Source: an uncultured Acidobacteriota bacterium (lineage in GTDB: Bacteria; Acidobacteriota; Terriglobia; UBA7540). Taken from it: a DNA stretch of 64,000 nucleotides. Where the stretch lies: positions 1,536,001 through 1,600,000 of the forward strand of contig CAWDSK010000003.1 in assembly GCA_963804995.1 (NCBI GenBank), in the 5' to 3' direction. The position numbers were made by a program, and so were the translations under genes. The notes below the pieces were generated by a model. That model worked only from the letters and a program-made list of their open reading frames with translations, did not search any database and was not told the origin of the DNA. Below are positions 44,014 to 53,919 of the stretch, piece after piece (position 1 is the first letter of the stretch; each line of letters starts with the position of its first letter).

Positions 44014-44928
44014 ATGTGCATCAAGCCGATTCTGCTCGCCACGGTGTTATTGCTTTCCATGTTGGCACCGAACATTCTGGGTCAGGAATCCGAAACCCCA
44101 AAGACCAGAACACAGATCGGGGAAACAGTGGAGGACAACAAGAAACAGGGTGCAGAGCCGCTGACGAATGATTCCATCCTGAAACTCGTCGCGGCAGGAT
44201 TAGGTGAGGACACTATCGTCAGGATCGTGCAGAGCCAGGCTGGTGACTACTCGTTGGGCGCGGACAACATTATCGCACTCAAGAAGGCCGGCGTCTCTGA
44301 GAAGATCATCACCGCAATGCTGAACCGGCCAGCAAATGCGCTAACTCCGCGCACAGGGACTCCCGCCCATGGGATCCAGGAAGTGAGCATCCCATCCGAG
44401 CCGGGGCTTTACGCGCTACTATCAGAAGGAGCTTTGCGGCACATTGCGGGCAGGCCGACGAGCTTCACCCGCACTGGGAGTCGGCTGGCATCGGACTTAA
44501 CGGTTGGCATACACGCTCGTCGGATGAACACTCAGGTTGCCGGTGAGTCCGCATATACCACGGTCGGTCGGCGCCCAACCTTTTACTATCGCATCGCGCA
44601 AAACGCCCCGGACCAGGTAGTGCCCGGCACATTGAACTTGATCCTAACCCAGATGACCGTCAAGCCCGGTCGCCGCCAGTTCGAACTTGATGCGAACGGA
44701 ATATTTCGCCAAAGCCAGGGAATCTCAGTTCGGCACCAAGGCAACTTTGACGCGCAGGAGGTTGAGCCAGGACTGTACAGATTGCGGCCTGACAATCTCG
44801 CGCCTGGACAGTACGCATTCTTCCTTTACATTGCGGAGGGGGTAGACGCTCGCGACCGCGCGACTTCAGGCAAAGGCGCCGGAGGTGAGGCGCTACGTGG
44901 GTTCCTCTACGACTTCCAAGTTGAGTAG
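44014..44928 (+). CDS. Hypothetical secreted protein
   Basis: Signal peptide; LTNDSILKLVAAGLGEDTI...LKKAGVSEKIITAM helical domain; ends LYDFQVE. Confidence 0.8.
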   Translation: MCIKPILLATVLLLSMLAPNILGQESETPKTRTQIGETVEDNKKQGAEPLTNDSILKLVAAGLGEDTIVRIVQSQAGDYSLGADNIIALKKAGVSEKIITAMLNRPANALTPRTGTPAHGIQEVSIPSEPGLYALLSEGALRHIAGRPTSFTRTGSRLASDLTVGIHARRMNTQVAGESAYTTVGRRPTFYYRIAQNAPDQVVPGTLNLILTQMTVKPGRRQFELDANGIFRQSQGISVRHQGNFDAQEVEPGLYRLRPDNLAPGQYAFFLYIAEGVDARDRATSGKGAGGEALRGFLYDFQVE

Positions 44929-44972
44929 CGGGTAGCCTTGGCGGTCAGCGCTCCCGTGATCGTGGGCTTTTC
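44927..44972. repeat. REP family D half element
   Basis: AGCGGGTAGCC...CGGTCAGCG...TGATCGTGGGCTTTTC, similar to the arms of 7154-7382. Confidence 0.75.
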
Positions 44973-45009
44973 TTGAGTCTGGGCGTCCTTGTTTAAGGGG
45001 GGGTTATCG

Positions 45010-46026
45010 ATGAGCGAGATTCATTATTTTCCACGTTACTCACAACGGGAGAACGTCGTTACAAACAACACGTTACTTTTTCTATTGAGGCTCCATCAGT
45101 ACAATCGCCTCAAGTTTGAAAAATTCATGGAGAGACTGTGCGCGGAGCAGGAGGTTCAGCTAGCGAGTTCGTGGCTACAATTTCGACAGCAAAAAACAAC
45201 GGGGAAAAGTGTTGTAGATGGATTTATCGCTCAGGAAAGTATCAAGATTGCTGTGGAAACAAAACTAAGCGAGGGCTTTGATGCCGCGCAGCTTGAAAAT
45301 CACCTAGCGCTGTTCGGAACGGAACAAAACAAGCTCCTCATCCTGCTTAGTCCGTCGCTCGGCGAAATTGCGACTCAGCAGCTCGCACTTGTTCGAGATA
45401 AAGCGATGGCGCGAAACATTCAGGTCGTTCACACATCGTTTGAAGACATCGTAAAAGAGTCCCGTAGCTGCTTATCCGAGCACGACGAGGAAATGCTGGC
45501 GCTCGTTGATGACTACGAGTCCTTTTGTAGCGACATGGGTTTGTTGCCGAGGGATAAGTACACGATGTTTATACCTCCATGTCGTCTGTCGTTAGCTGCG
45601 AATACGCAGTTTCTTTTGTACTATTGCCCCATGGAACGGACTGTCCGCAAGGCTAAATATCTCGGAATCTACGCGAACAGAAGTGTTCAAGCGATCGGCC
45701 AGGTAGCGAAAATCGTAGCCTGCAATGTGAACGTCGATGACGAGACTATGACGGTAGTCGATGAAACACAACACCTCACAGACAATGAGAAATTACGCAT
45801 CCTTGGTGCATGCAGAGAAGCTCTAACGCGCGATTGGGACATAAGCGCTGGATATAGGTTCTTCCTTTGCGATGAACTGGAGGAGACAGACTTCCGTAAG
45901 ATAACGCCGGGTGGCATCATGGGACAACGCTACATCGACCTTAACAACATTTTAGGGCAAAATATTCCGATTCCAACCGATGTGTGCGAACTAGCTCAAC
46001 TGCTGGGACAGCATACGTGGGAGTAA
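45010..46026 (+). CDS. PD-(D/E)XK nuclease-superfamily protein, AT-rich
   Basis: ENVVT...VVDGFI...IAVETKL...QLENH arrangement (E...D...ExK...QLxxY/H). Confidence 0.65.
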   Translation: MSEIHYFPRYSQRENVVTNNTLLFLLRLHQYNRLKFEKFMERLCAEQEVQLASSWLQFRQQKTTGKSVVDGFIAQESIKIAVETKLSEGFDAAQLENHLALFGTEQNKLLILLSPSLGEIATQQLALVRDKAMARNIQVVHTSFEDIVKESRSCLSEHDEEMLALVDDYESFCSDMGLLPRDKYTMFIPPCRLSLAANTQFLLYYCPMERTVRKAKYLGIYANRSVQAIGQVAKIVACNVNVDDETMTVVDETQHLTDNEKLRILGACREALTRDWDISAGYRFFLCDELEETDFRKITPGGIMGQRYIDLNNILGQNIPIPTDVCELAQLLGQHTWE

Positions 46027-46039
46027 GGCATGTAGGCAT

Positions 46040-46125
46040 CATGGTCACTGTTCTCATGGCCGTAGACATTTCCTTCGATGACGAACCCACGGTCAATTCC
46101 CAAGACGAATTGGCCGTGGCTGCCT
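46040..46125. repeat. REP family D degenerate copy
   Basis: Colinear with 7165-7243; 19-bp identity TTTCCTTCGATGACGAACC (46069-46087 = 7193-7211). Confidence 0.8.
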
Positions 46126-46336
46126 CCGGGCCACACAATCTCAGGCGCCGTTCGAACGGGTGAGTGCAATCAAGACATGTAGGGGTAGGGCTCCCGACTT
46201 CGCCGGGACAGGTTGCCCTACCCGGCGTTCCGCATGGTAAATGCGGAACCAGATCGCGGGTCGTCCACCATTAAGATTGGCGGACTTTCAGCCGCGGCGA
46301 CTCCCCCTACGGCGAAAGGCCATGCGGACATCGGGG

Positions 46337-46491
46337 GTAGCGCAGGCCCCGCTCTCCGGCCCTGCGGTTCTTCGAGCGGTGCGGGTCCTTGCCGCGCCGC
46401 AAACTAGATAATCCGAATTCGGTTGGGCCGCGCCGCCAAAACCACGTCGCGGTGGAAAAGCCGCAGGGCCGGAGAGCGGGCCCTGCGCTAC
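46337..46491. repeat. REPIN-like element, family F
   Basis: 31-bp IR GTAGCGCAGGCCCCGCTCTCCGGCCCTGCGG with 1 mismatch. Confidence 0.85.
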
Positions 46492-46724
46492 ATTCCTGGC
46501 AATTTTTCGGACAATTTGCTGCCCGCCTTGCATTTTTGGGCTACCGGTAGCCCGCACGCGTGTATTGCCTATTGACATAGCCCAGTCAATCAAGCGCACA
46601 ATAGAGGTTGGGAAACGGAGCACCCCGAAACGTTGGGGCGGCGTTGCCTGGGGAAGAACCCCAAAACCGGCGGAAAGGATTCATCGCAGAGGCACAGCGC
46701 AGCGGGGTCGCAACCCCAAGAGGA

Positions 46725-46861
46725 TTTCACCACAGAGGCCACAGAGGTCACGGAGAGTAGACGCAGAAAAAATTGCGGGTTAACAACCAAGGAAGCGTGA
46801 TCTCTGCCCGCGCCATCAGAAGTGCTTTTCTCTGTGGTCTCTGTGCCCTCTGTGGTGAATC
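46725..46861. repeat. Inverted pair of 9-mer tandem repeats (CACAGAGGN)
   Basis: ATTTCACCACAGAGGCCACAGAGGTCACGGAG versus CTCTGTGGTCTCTGTGCCCTCTGTGGTGAAT. Confidence 0.75.
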
Positions 46862-47007
46862 TCTTCTTCGCAGGCCCTTTATCAAGCGGCCCAGTCTGGC
46901 GGCACGGGAGGCGTTCCAACTGGATTGGCTATTGCAGCTCAGGAACACGGCGACAATCGTCCGGAATGGGGCGCTGACCCGTAGAGATGTTAAAAATGAA
47001 GGTCGAT

Positions 47008-47791
47008 CCTGGGATGTGTATGGAAACACAGGAGAGGGTGACAATTTGTCAGGCTATTGTTCGAGCTTTTTGCAGAAAATTCCGGATTTTTGTGGCAAAG
47101 AACACCAATCGAACGGGATTGTGGGCCGAAAATACGCGGATTACACCATAAATCGGGGTGAACCAGCGCCGACCTTTAGAGTCCTCTCCGAACACTTCCG
47201 GTTATCGGCGGGTTGGGGCACGAACCTGAGCTCACCAAGCGACCTGGAATTGGGCAATCCCGCACCCTCGATCGGGCGTCGCAGAGGGGCGTCAGGTGGT
47301 GGGTCAAATGGAGGACGTAGCGGCGAGTTTACTTCGCCAAAGGTGGGCGTCCCGATAGGATCGGGATGGATTCCGTCATGTCGGCATCCGGTTGGCTCAC
47401 CACCCTTTGCCACGATGTTTCAGATAATAAAAGGAGTTAGCGAAGAGGAGCGAAATCACGCAAAATGTATCTCATTGAAACGACAAGAGTAATTAAATCT
47501 ACAGAAATTTGCCTAGGCCCCTAAGCCACGATGTTATAGAAAGCAAAAGGGCTTAGAGCTGTGGAGAAGAAACATGGCAAAAATCTATCTGATTGAAATA
47601 AGGAGAGTTAATCGGTTCTGTCGGAAATGGAGGTAAGGAAAAAGGGGGAATTAAAAATGAAGGCTAGTCTCACGATGTTGTTGAAAACACATGTAGAAAA
47701 AATGTCAGCTTTTTGCCTTGCCACGATGTTGATGATAAATAAGGTAGTTATAATTGTAAAGCCACGATGTTTGTGAAAATAAAAGGAGTTA
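47008..47791 (+). repeat. AT-rich array of degenerate 31-bp motifs
   Basis: Units start at 47008, 47409, 47463, 47525, 47581, 47669, 47720 and 47761. Confidence 0.8.
47317..47375. repeat. REP family A inverted copy
   Basis: GTAGCGGCGAGTTTACTTCGCCA...GGCGTCCCGATAGGATCGGGATG. Confidence 0.8.
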
Positions 47792-48133
47792 TTGAAGATG
47801 CGGGGGAAAGGAAATAAGGAAAACTCAATTGGGAAGATTCCGGAAAAGAACAGGTGACGCGATGATTGGGGCAAAGCCCGAAGGTGCGATCGGTGTTGGA
47901 CGGAAGCTCAAAGGCGGTGATAGTTGCTGCCCTAACCGACCCGCTGCGGCCCCTTACGACAGCCACCAGTTTTCACCACGGCAACAGAAGATCGCGACGG
48001 CCCGACAGACTCGCGGCGTGCGACCAACCCCTCCGACTGAATGCCGCCCGCCCGTGAGGCATTCCCCCGCTCGGTTATCGGTGGGCTCGACGCTGACGAT
48101 AGGGGAAATTGGGTGGCCCACAACAGCAGCTTA

Positions 48134-48202
48134 CCCCCTCACCCGTCCCGTCCCGGCTGATGAAGACGCCGGCGGCGGTCCACCCTCTCCCCTCGGAGAG
48201 GG
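48134..48202 (+). repeat. Repeat family C copy 4
   Basis: Matches 1333-1406. Confidence 0.88.
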
Positions 48203-48349
48203 CTATGAACTTTCGCCATGGACCGATGATCCGATGAATCAAATGCTGATTTCGAAAATCGCCAATCACCCATCGCAAATCAGAAATCAGATGATCAGCC
48301 GATCCCCGGATCATCCGGTCTCCCGATGGCCCGCGCCGCACCCCATCCT

Positions 48350-48389
48350 GAAAAGCAAAGCGCCGGTCCCCAGGAACTGGACCGGCGCT
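48350..48389 (-). terminator. Probable intrinsic terminator of pnp
   Basis: 11-bp stem AGCGCCGGTCC/GGACCGGCGCT followed by TTGCTTTTC on the minus strand. Confidence 0.7.
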
Positions 48390-48428
48390 GATGGGTACGA
48401 GCCAGGGTGTTTTCGAGATGTTCCCGGC

Positions 48429-50579
48429 TTAGGTTTTCTCTTGATGAGGTTCGGCATGCTCGGCGGGTGCAGCCTGGTCGGGCTTAGCCCCCGTCTTGGC
48501 GCGCTGGTCACGGAGCACCGCTTTGCGGCTCAACCGCACCTTGTTACCCTCCACCGAGATGACCTTGACCAGCAACTGGTCGCCCATTTTCAGCTCGTCA
48601 CGGACGTCGCGGATGCGATGTTCCGCCACTTCGCTGATATGCAGCAACCCGTCGGTGCCGGGGAAGATCTCGACGAAGGCGCCAAAATCCGCCAGCCGCA
48701 CGACCTTGCCCAGATAGGTCTTGCCCACCTCGGCTTCCGCCAGCAGGTCGCGAATCATCTTCAGCGCCTTGGCAGCAGAAGGCTCGTCGGTGGCAGCAAC
48801 GTTCACGCGGCCATCGTCTTCGACGTCGATTTTCACGCCGGTCTGCTCGATGATGCCGCGAATCACCTTGCCGCCGGGACCGATGAGTTCACCGATTTTC
48901 GCCGGATTGATCTTCATGGCGTAAATCCGCGGTGCGAAGGCGGAGATATCGGTGCGGGGCGCCGCAAGCGTTTCCAGCATCTTGCCGAGCACGTGCAGGC
49001 GCGCGGCCTTGGCCTGGGTCAGGGCCTCCGACATGATTTGGGGAGTGATGCCCGTAATCTTGATGTCCATTTGGAGAGCCGTGATGCCTTGCTGGGTGCC
49101 GGCAACTTTGAAATCCATGTCACCGTAGTGATCCTCGGGGCCCGCAATATCGGTGAGGATCGCGTATTTCTCACCTTCCTTGACCAACCCCATGGCGATG
49201 CCCGCCACCGGGGCCTTGACCGGAACCCCGGCATCCATCAGGGCGAGCGTTCCGCCGCAGACGGTGGCCATCGAAGAGGAACCGTTGGATTCCAGGATGT
49301 CGGAGACCACGCGGACGGTGTAAGGGAAATCAGCTTCTTCGGGAAGCATGCTCAGCAGGGAGCGCTCCGCCAGGGCTCCGTGGCCGATTTCGCGGCGGCC
49401 GGGCCCGCGCAGGAACGCCACCTCTCCCACGCTGAAGGGTGGGAAGTTGTAGTGGAGCATGAAGCGCTTGAACGCCTCGCCCTCCAGCACGTCGAGCCGC
49501 TGCATGTCTTCGGCGGTCCCCAGCGTGGCCGTCACCAGGGCCTGCGTCTCACCGCGGGTAAACAACGCGGAGCCGTGGGTGCGCGGCAGGACGCTGACCT
49601 CGCTCGTAATCTCGCGAACTTGATCAAAGGCGCGCCGGTCAGGCCGCTGGCGCTTCTGCACCACATCGTCGCGGAAGAGCTGCTCTTCCAAGGCGTCAAA
49701 GTAGTGGGCCACGAGGCGTCGCTTGTCCTTATCCTCCTCGGGGTAGCCTTCCACCAGCGCCTCGCGCAATTCGGCGATCTGGCGATGACTCTCCAGCTTG
49801 ATGAACTTGGAAGTGTCCATCGCTTCGTGCAGGGGCTCCTCAACCTTTTCACGAACTTCTGCGTAGAGCTTTTCGTCGCGCACGGGCGGGGTGAACGAGC
49901 GCTTCTTCAATCCCAACTTTTCGAACAGCTCCTTCTCAGCCGCCACAATCCTGCGGATTTCCTGGTGCGCGTACTGAATGGCGTCGATAATCGTCGCCTC
50001 GGAAACTTCCTTGGCGCCCGCCTCTACCATCACGATAGCGTCTTCGGTGCCTGCCACAATCAAGTTGAGCTGACTGTTCTTGATCTCGGTGTAAGTGGGG
50101 TTGGTGACCAAGCGGCCATCCACCATGCCCACCCGTACGGCGCCCACGGGCGCGTAAAAGGGAATGTCCGAAAGGTAAAGCGCTGCGGTGCCCGCCACCA
50201 GTCCAACGATGTCCGGGTTATTGTCGGAGTCGGCGGAAAGCACGAGTGCGATGACCTGGGTTTCGTCCTTGAAACCCTCCGGAAAGAGCGGCCGGACGGG
50301 CCGGTCGATCAGGCGGCTGGTGAGGATCTCCTTCTCGGTGGGCCGCCCTTCACGCTTAAAGAAGCCACCGGGAATCTTCCCGGCAGCGTAGTTGTATTCA
50401 CGGTAGTCCACGGTGAGGGGAAAGAAATCGATCCCTTCGCGGGGGTCCGTCGAGCAAGCCGTGGCCAGCACTACGGTGTCACCGTAACGCACGAAAGCAG
50501 AGCCGTTGGCCTGCTTGGCCACCTTGCCGCACTCAATTGATAGGGTATTTGACCCCAAGGTAATACTAACTTGTTCCAT
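48429..50579 (-). CDS. pnp: Polyribonucleotide nucleotidyltransferase
   Basis: FFPLTVDY, RREIGHG, ESNGSSSMAT, GDMDFKVAG, KH and S1 domains. Confidence 0.98.
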   Translation of the reverse strand: MEQVSITLGSNTLSIECGKVAKQANGSAFVRYGDTVVLATACSTDPREGIDFFPLTVDYREYNYAAGKIPGGFFKREGRPTEKEILTSRLIDRPVRPLFPEGFKDETQVIALVLSADSDNNPDIVGLVAGTAALYLSDIPFYAPVGAVRVGMVDGRLVTNPTYTEIKNSQLNLIVAGTEDAIVMVEAGAKEVSEATIIDAIQYAHQEIRRIVAAEKELFEKLGLKKRSFTPPVRDEKLYAEVREKVEEPLHEAMDTSKFIKLESHRQIAELREALVEGYPEEDKDKRRLVAHYFDALEEQLFRDDVVQKRQRPDRRAFDQVREITSEVSVLPRTHGSALFTRGETQALVTATLGTAEDMQRLDVLEGEAFKRFMLHYNFPPFSVGEVAFLRGPGRREIGHGALAERSLLSMLPEEADFPYTVRVVSDILESNGSSSMATVCGGTLALMDAGVPVKAPVAGIAMGLVKEGEKYAILTDIAGPEDHYGDMDFKVAGTQQGITALQMDIKITGITPQIMSEALTQAKAARLHVLGKMLETLAAPRTDISAFAPRIYAMKINPAKIGELIGPGGKVIRGIIEQTGVKIDVEDDGRVNVAATDEPSAAKALKMIRDLLAEAEVGKTYLGKVVRLADFGAFVEIFPGTDGLLHISEVAEHRIRDVRDELKMGDQLLVKVISVEGNKVRLSRKAVLRDQRAKTGAKPDQAAPAEHAEPHQEKT

Positions 50580-50766
50580 ATAGTTCCTCCAGAACTCTTC
50601 GCCGAGCGCCACTCTTGGGCTCAAAGGCGGGACGTAGCATGCTCCCTCACAGGCTAGATTTGTGCGCAGCACCCTGCAAAGTCAGACATGCTGATTCATC
50701 AGGAAGTTCGGAATCGAGGTGAATGGTGACTGGATGGAAACCCTAGGCCCGGGCGGAAGGTGGTCT

Positions 50767-50805
50767 AAAAAAAAAGCGACCCACACCGGTAAACCGGGAG
50801 GTCGC
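50767..50805 (-). terminator. Intrinsic terminator after rpsO
   Basis: GCGACC...GGTCGC stem plus T9 on the minus strand. Confidence 0.75.
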
Positions 50806-50862
50806 CTCGACCTGACACCATGTCCGTTTGTGAATGTGGAAACTTCCCCTTCAAACACCGGG

Positions 50863-51132
50863 CTACTTGCGGATGCCCAACCTGTCAATGACCTTCTTAT
50901 ATGCGTCGGGGTCGCGCCGTTTCAGATACTCCAGAAGCCTTTTGCGCTTGTTGACCATGGTCAGCAGCCCACGCCGCGAAGCATGGTCCTTGCGATGAAC
51001 ACGGAAATGCTCAGTCAAGTAGTTAATCCGCTCGCTAAGCAGCGCAACTTGCACTTCCGGAGAGCCTGTATCCTTGGGATGTACTCGGAATCGCTCTATG
51101 GTATTTACTTTAGACTCCCGGGCCAACGGCAT
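50863..51132 (-). CDS. rpsO: 30S ribosomal protein S15
   Basis: [24 protein letters not shown]; 89 aa. Confidence 0.98.
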   Translation of the reverse strand: MPLARESKVNTIERFRVHPKDTGSPEVQVALLSERINYLTEHFRVHRKDHASRRGLLTMVNKRKRLLEYLKRRDPDAYKKVIDRLGIRK

Positions 51133-51161
51133 CCGCCAATCTCCTCGCTTCTCATCTCTTC

Positions 51162-51932
51162 ATGTACGCTGAAAAGATTAACATGCTCCATCATTTTTGG
51201 CAAAGAAAATTAGAGCGCTGGCATCCAGCGCAAGCTGTGCTATTATGGAACTGTGTGCTGCCGGTTCTAGGCATACTATTGAGTCGAGTTCATTCCAGGA
51301 AGTATCCACGCATCAGCGCTCGCATTCCGGTGGATTATAGCGTCGGGGAAAAGTCCGCCCGCTGCTATGCCATCACGGTGAGTGGCGGGGGCCTGTTTCT
51401 CTCCGGGATTGAAGACCTTGAACTCGAAAGGGAATTATCGCTCCGCTTCCGTCCCGCCCGGCATCTGCCCGTCATCGTGGCCAAAGCCGTCATCCGCTAC
51501 CAGGTGCCTGGGCAAGGCACGGCGGTGGAATTCACCGAGATCGACCCTGCCGACCGCCACACCTTGCTCCGCCTGATCCACCAAAAGACCGCCGACCGGC
51601 GCCTCACTCTGCGGGCCCCACTGGCAACGCAGGTGGAATGTGATCAGTGCACGGCGCTCGCCTTCTCGCGTGATGTCAGCCTGGGAGGCATGTTCGTAGA
51701 AATCGCCACCCCCCCTCCGGTGGGCGCGCGCCTCAAGGTGCGGTTCAACCTCAACGAGAAGGACAAGGTGGTCACGGTGGTGGCACACGTAGCCTATCAC
51801 GTTGCCAAGATGGGCATGGGCATCCTTTTTGCAGAAGTCGCCCCTGAAGATCATCTCGCCATAGAAGAGTACGTGCTCGGCATGGTGAGTACGCCTCCCA
51901 CCTCTCCTGGGCAGGCCAGCCCGGCGCCCTAG
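51162..51932 (+). CDS. Tandem PilZ-domain protein (true start probably near 51279)
   Basis: RKYPR...TVSGGG and RRLTLR...DVSLGG motifs. Confidence 0.8.
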   Translation: MYAEKINMLHHFWQRKLERWHPAQAVLLWNCVLPVLGILLSRVHSRKYPRISARIPVDYSVGEKSARCYAITVSGGGLFLSGIEDLELERELSLRFRPARHLPVIVAKAVIRYQVPGQGTAVEFTEIDPADRHTLLRLIHQKTADRRLTLRAPLATQVECDQCTALAFSRDVSLGGMFVEIATPPPVGARLKVRFNLNEKDKVVTVVAHVAYHVAKMGMGILFAEVAPEDHLAIEEYVLGMVSTPPTSPGQASPAP

Positions 51933-52025
51933 CCCCGTAGACCCTGCGGATTGATTTCAGAAGAGCGACCCATTTGTAATATTAGGATTAATTGTGGAGG
52001 GATTACCTTTGTGAGTAATTGCAAC

Positions 52026-52745
52026 TCAGCGCTTCGGCTTGACCGACCCGCCGGAAGGCATGATCAGGACCTCTTCCACCGTCGTGTTCCGAGGCTGCGC
52101 AACCGCTGCGAGCACGGCGGCAGCCACATCCTCCGGCTGCACCAGATCTTGACCGCGCACAGGGAAATCAAACTCCTGCTTCATGCGCGTGTTGGTCATT
52201 CCCGGCAGAATGGCGGTCACCCGGATTCCCTGCCCGCGGAGTTCCTGGCGCAGCACGTTGGTAAATCCCAGCGCTCCGAACTTCGAGGCGGAGTACGCGG
52301 AACAATTCGGGAACGCCACACGGCTGGAAATGGAGAGGATGTTGACCACATCACCGCGGCTGCGTTTGAGCATCGGCAAGGCGGCCTGCGTGGTGAGGAA
52401 CATGGAGGTGAGGTTAGTCTCGAGATTCCGCCGCCAATCGAGAAGAGTGGTTTTCACAAACGGCTTGAAGGTAAAGACGCCCGCGTTGTTGATGAGAACG
52501 TCGAGCCGGCCCATCCTCCTCTTGACCGCGGCAAAGAGCCGTTTCACCTCGCCGGGCTTGGTGACATCGATCGCCATGCTCAGCACCGTCCCGGGCGTCT
52601 GGGCTGCGGCCTGCTCAAGCGGCCCCCGATTCCGCGCGGCCAAGATAAGGCTTGCGCCTTCCTGGCCCAGGGTCTTCGCGATCGCCAAGCCAATCCCTCG
52701 GCTGGCGCCGGTGATCAACACAACTTTGCCCGTAAGTTTTCCCAT
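52026..52745 (-). CDS. SDR oxidoreductase, possible sepiapterin reductase
   Basis: TGASRGIG, NNAG, YSASK; lies directly downstream of folE. Confidence 0.85.
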   Translation of the reverse strand: MGKLTGKVVLITGASRGIGLAIAKTLGQEGASLILAARNRGPLEQAAAQTPGTVLSMAIDVTKPGEVKRLFAAVKRRMGRLDVLINNAGVFTFKPFVKTTLLDWRRNLETNLTSMFLTTQAALPMLKRSRGDVVNILSISSRVAFPNCSAYSASKFGALGFTNVLRQELRGQGIRVTAILPGMTNTRMKQEFDFPVRGQDLVQPEDVAAAVLAAVAQPRNTTVEEVLIMPSGGSVKPKR

Positions 52746-52850
52746 GTAGGTCAGAAGCCGGAAGCCAGAGCTCACCCTCTGGCACTTGGAGTGTGGAAGC
52801 CGCATATGCTTACCAGTGCCCTCCACACAAGTTGAGATCTCGAACTCGGA

Positions 52851-53459
52851 CTAGCTTCTCTCTCTCACCAGCCGCAGGAATTCCGAGCGCGTCACTTCGC
52901 AATCCCGGAACACACCGAGCATGTGGGAAGTCACGGCCACGGAATTCTGTTTCTCCACCCCGCGCATGACCATGCAAAGGTGCTTAGCCTCAATGATGAC
53001 GCCCACGCCCTGAGGCTTGACTTTCTCCATAATTGTCTCGGCGATCTGCACGGTGAGGCGCTCCTGGACTTGCAAGCGGCGCGCGAAGACATCCACGATA
53101 CGCGGTATTTTGCTGAGGCCGACCACCTTGCCGTCTGGAACGTATGCCACGTGGCAACGCCCGAAGAACGGCAGCAGGTGATGCTCGCACAGGCTGAAAA
53201 CCTCAATGTCCTTGACAATCACCATCTCGTCGTAAGCCACTGAGTAGAGCGCCCCATTCAGCACCTGGTCGATATCCTGCGCATAGCCGCTGGTCAGGAA
53301 CCGCAGCGACTTCGCCACGCGCCCTGGGGTCTTCAGGATTCCCTCGCGTTCAGGGTCTTCCCCCAGTTCGCCGATCATTTTCCGCACTGTCTCGCTAATC
53401 GGATCAGATGCCCCGGCGTGCTCGATTTCCTCTAGCTTCTCAACCTCATCCGCTCTCAT
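52851..53459 (-). CDS. folE: GTP cyclohydrolase I
   Basis: [30 protein letters not shown]. Confidence 0.96.
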   Translation of the reverse strand: MRADEVEKLEEIEHAGASDPISETVRKMIGELGEDPEREGILKTPGRVAKSLRFLTSGYAQDIDQVLNGALYSVAYDEMVIVKDIEVFSLCEHHLLPFFGRCHVAYVPDGKVVGLSKIPRIVDVFARRLQVQERLTVQIAETIMEKVKPQGVGVIIEAKHLCMVMRGVEKQNSVAVTSHMLGVFRDCEVTRSEFLRLVRERS

Positions 53460-53472
53460 GATTCTCCCCGCA

Positions 53473-53919
53473 TCATTGCCTACTTGCGCCCGCTTGTTCG
53501 CCCACACACTCGAAGGAATTCAGACGGGTCTCTTCCAGGCGAACGCGGTCAAGCTGCACCCGCCCCCTGGAATCAGCTTTCTCTAATGGCGCGCACAGGC
53601 GGCTAAAGATATCCCGGCAAAGGTTTTCCGTCGTCGGCACTTCCGTGCGAAAGGTCTCCACATCCAGGTTCAAATTCATGTGATCGAGCTTCTCGAGTAC
53701 GTGCTCGGCAACTATTCTGTCGAGCGCCACAAGGTCAAACACCATGCCCGTGGCGGGGTCGATCGGTCCCGCCACAGTAACCTCCAACAGATAATTGTGC
53801 CCGTGTCCATTGGGATTGTTGCACTTCCCATAGATACGGCGATTCTCTTCCGCACTCAGGGCGTCATTGTGCAGCCGGTGCCCCGCAGAAAACTGGTATC
53901 GCCGGGTCAGGTAAACCAT
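53473..53919 (-). CDS. 6-pyruvoyl-tetrahydropterin synthase family (copy 2)
   Basis: [31 protein letters not shown] overlap with the upstream copy. Confidence 0.92.
   Translation of the reverse strand: MVYLTRRYQFSAGHRLHNDALSAEENRRIYGKCNNPNGHGHNYLLEVTVAGPIDPATGMVFDLVALDRIVAEHVLEKLDHMNLNLDVETFRTEVPTTENLCRDIFSRLCAPLEKADSRGRVQLDRVRLEETRLNSFECVGEQAGASRQ

Noticed and set aside
44927..46125. Integron attC sites
   Set aside because: No RYYYAAC/GTTRRRY boxes and no integron integrase; the sites match a GTAG REP family instead.
46773..47608. 239-aa ORF 46773-47492 and nearby short ORFs
   Set aside because: They translate a patchwork of repeat elements; no RBS or domain seen.
47409..47791. CRISPR array
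   Set aside because: Repeats are degenerate, spacing is irregular (41-88 bp between starts), and no cas genes are present.
47855..47900. c-di-GMP-I riboswitch (GGGCAAAGCCCGAAGG)
   Set aside because: The second stem and tetraloop receptor are not evident, and there is no downstream same-strand gene.
47829..50540. 903-aa plus-strand ORF
   Set aside because: Antisense shadow of pnp; its N-terminus translates repeats.
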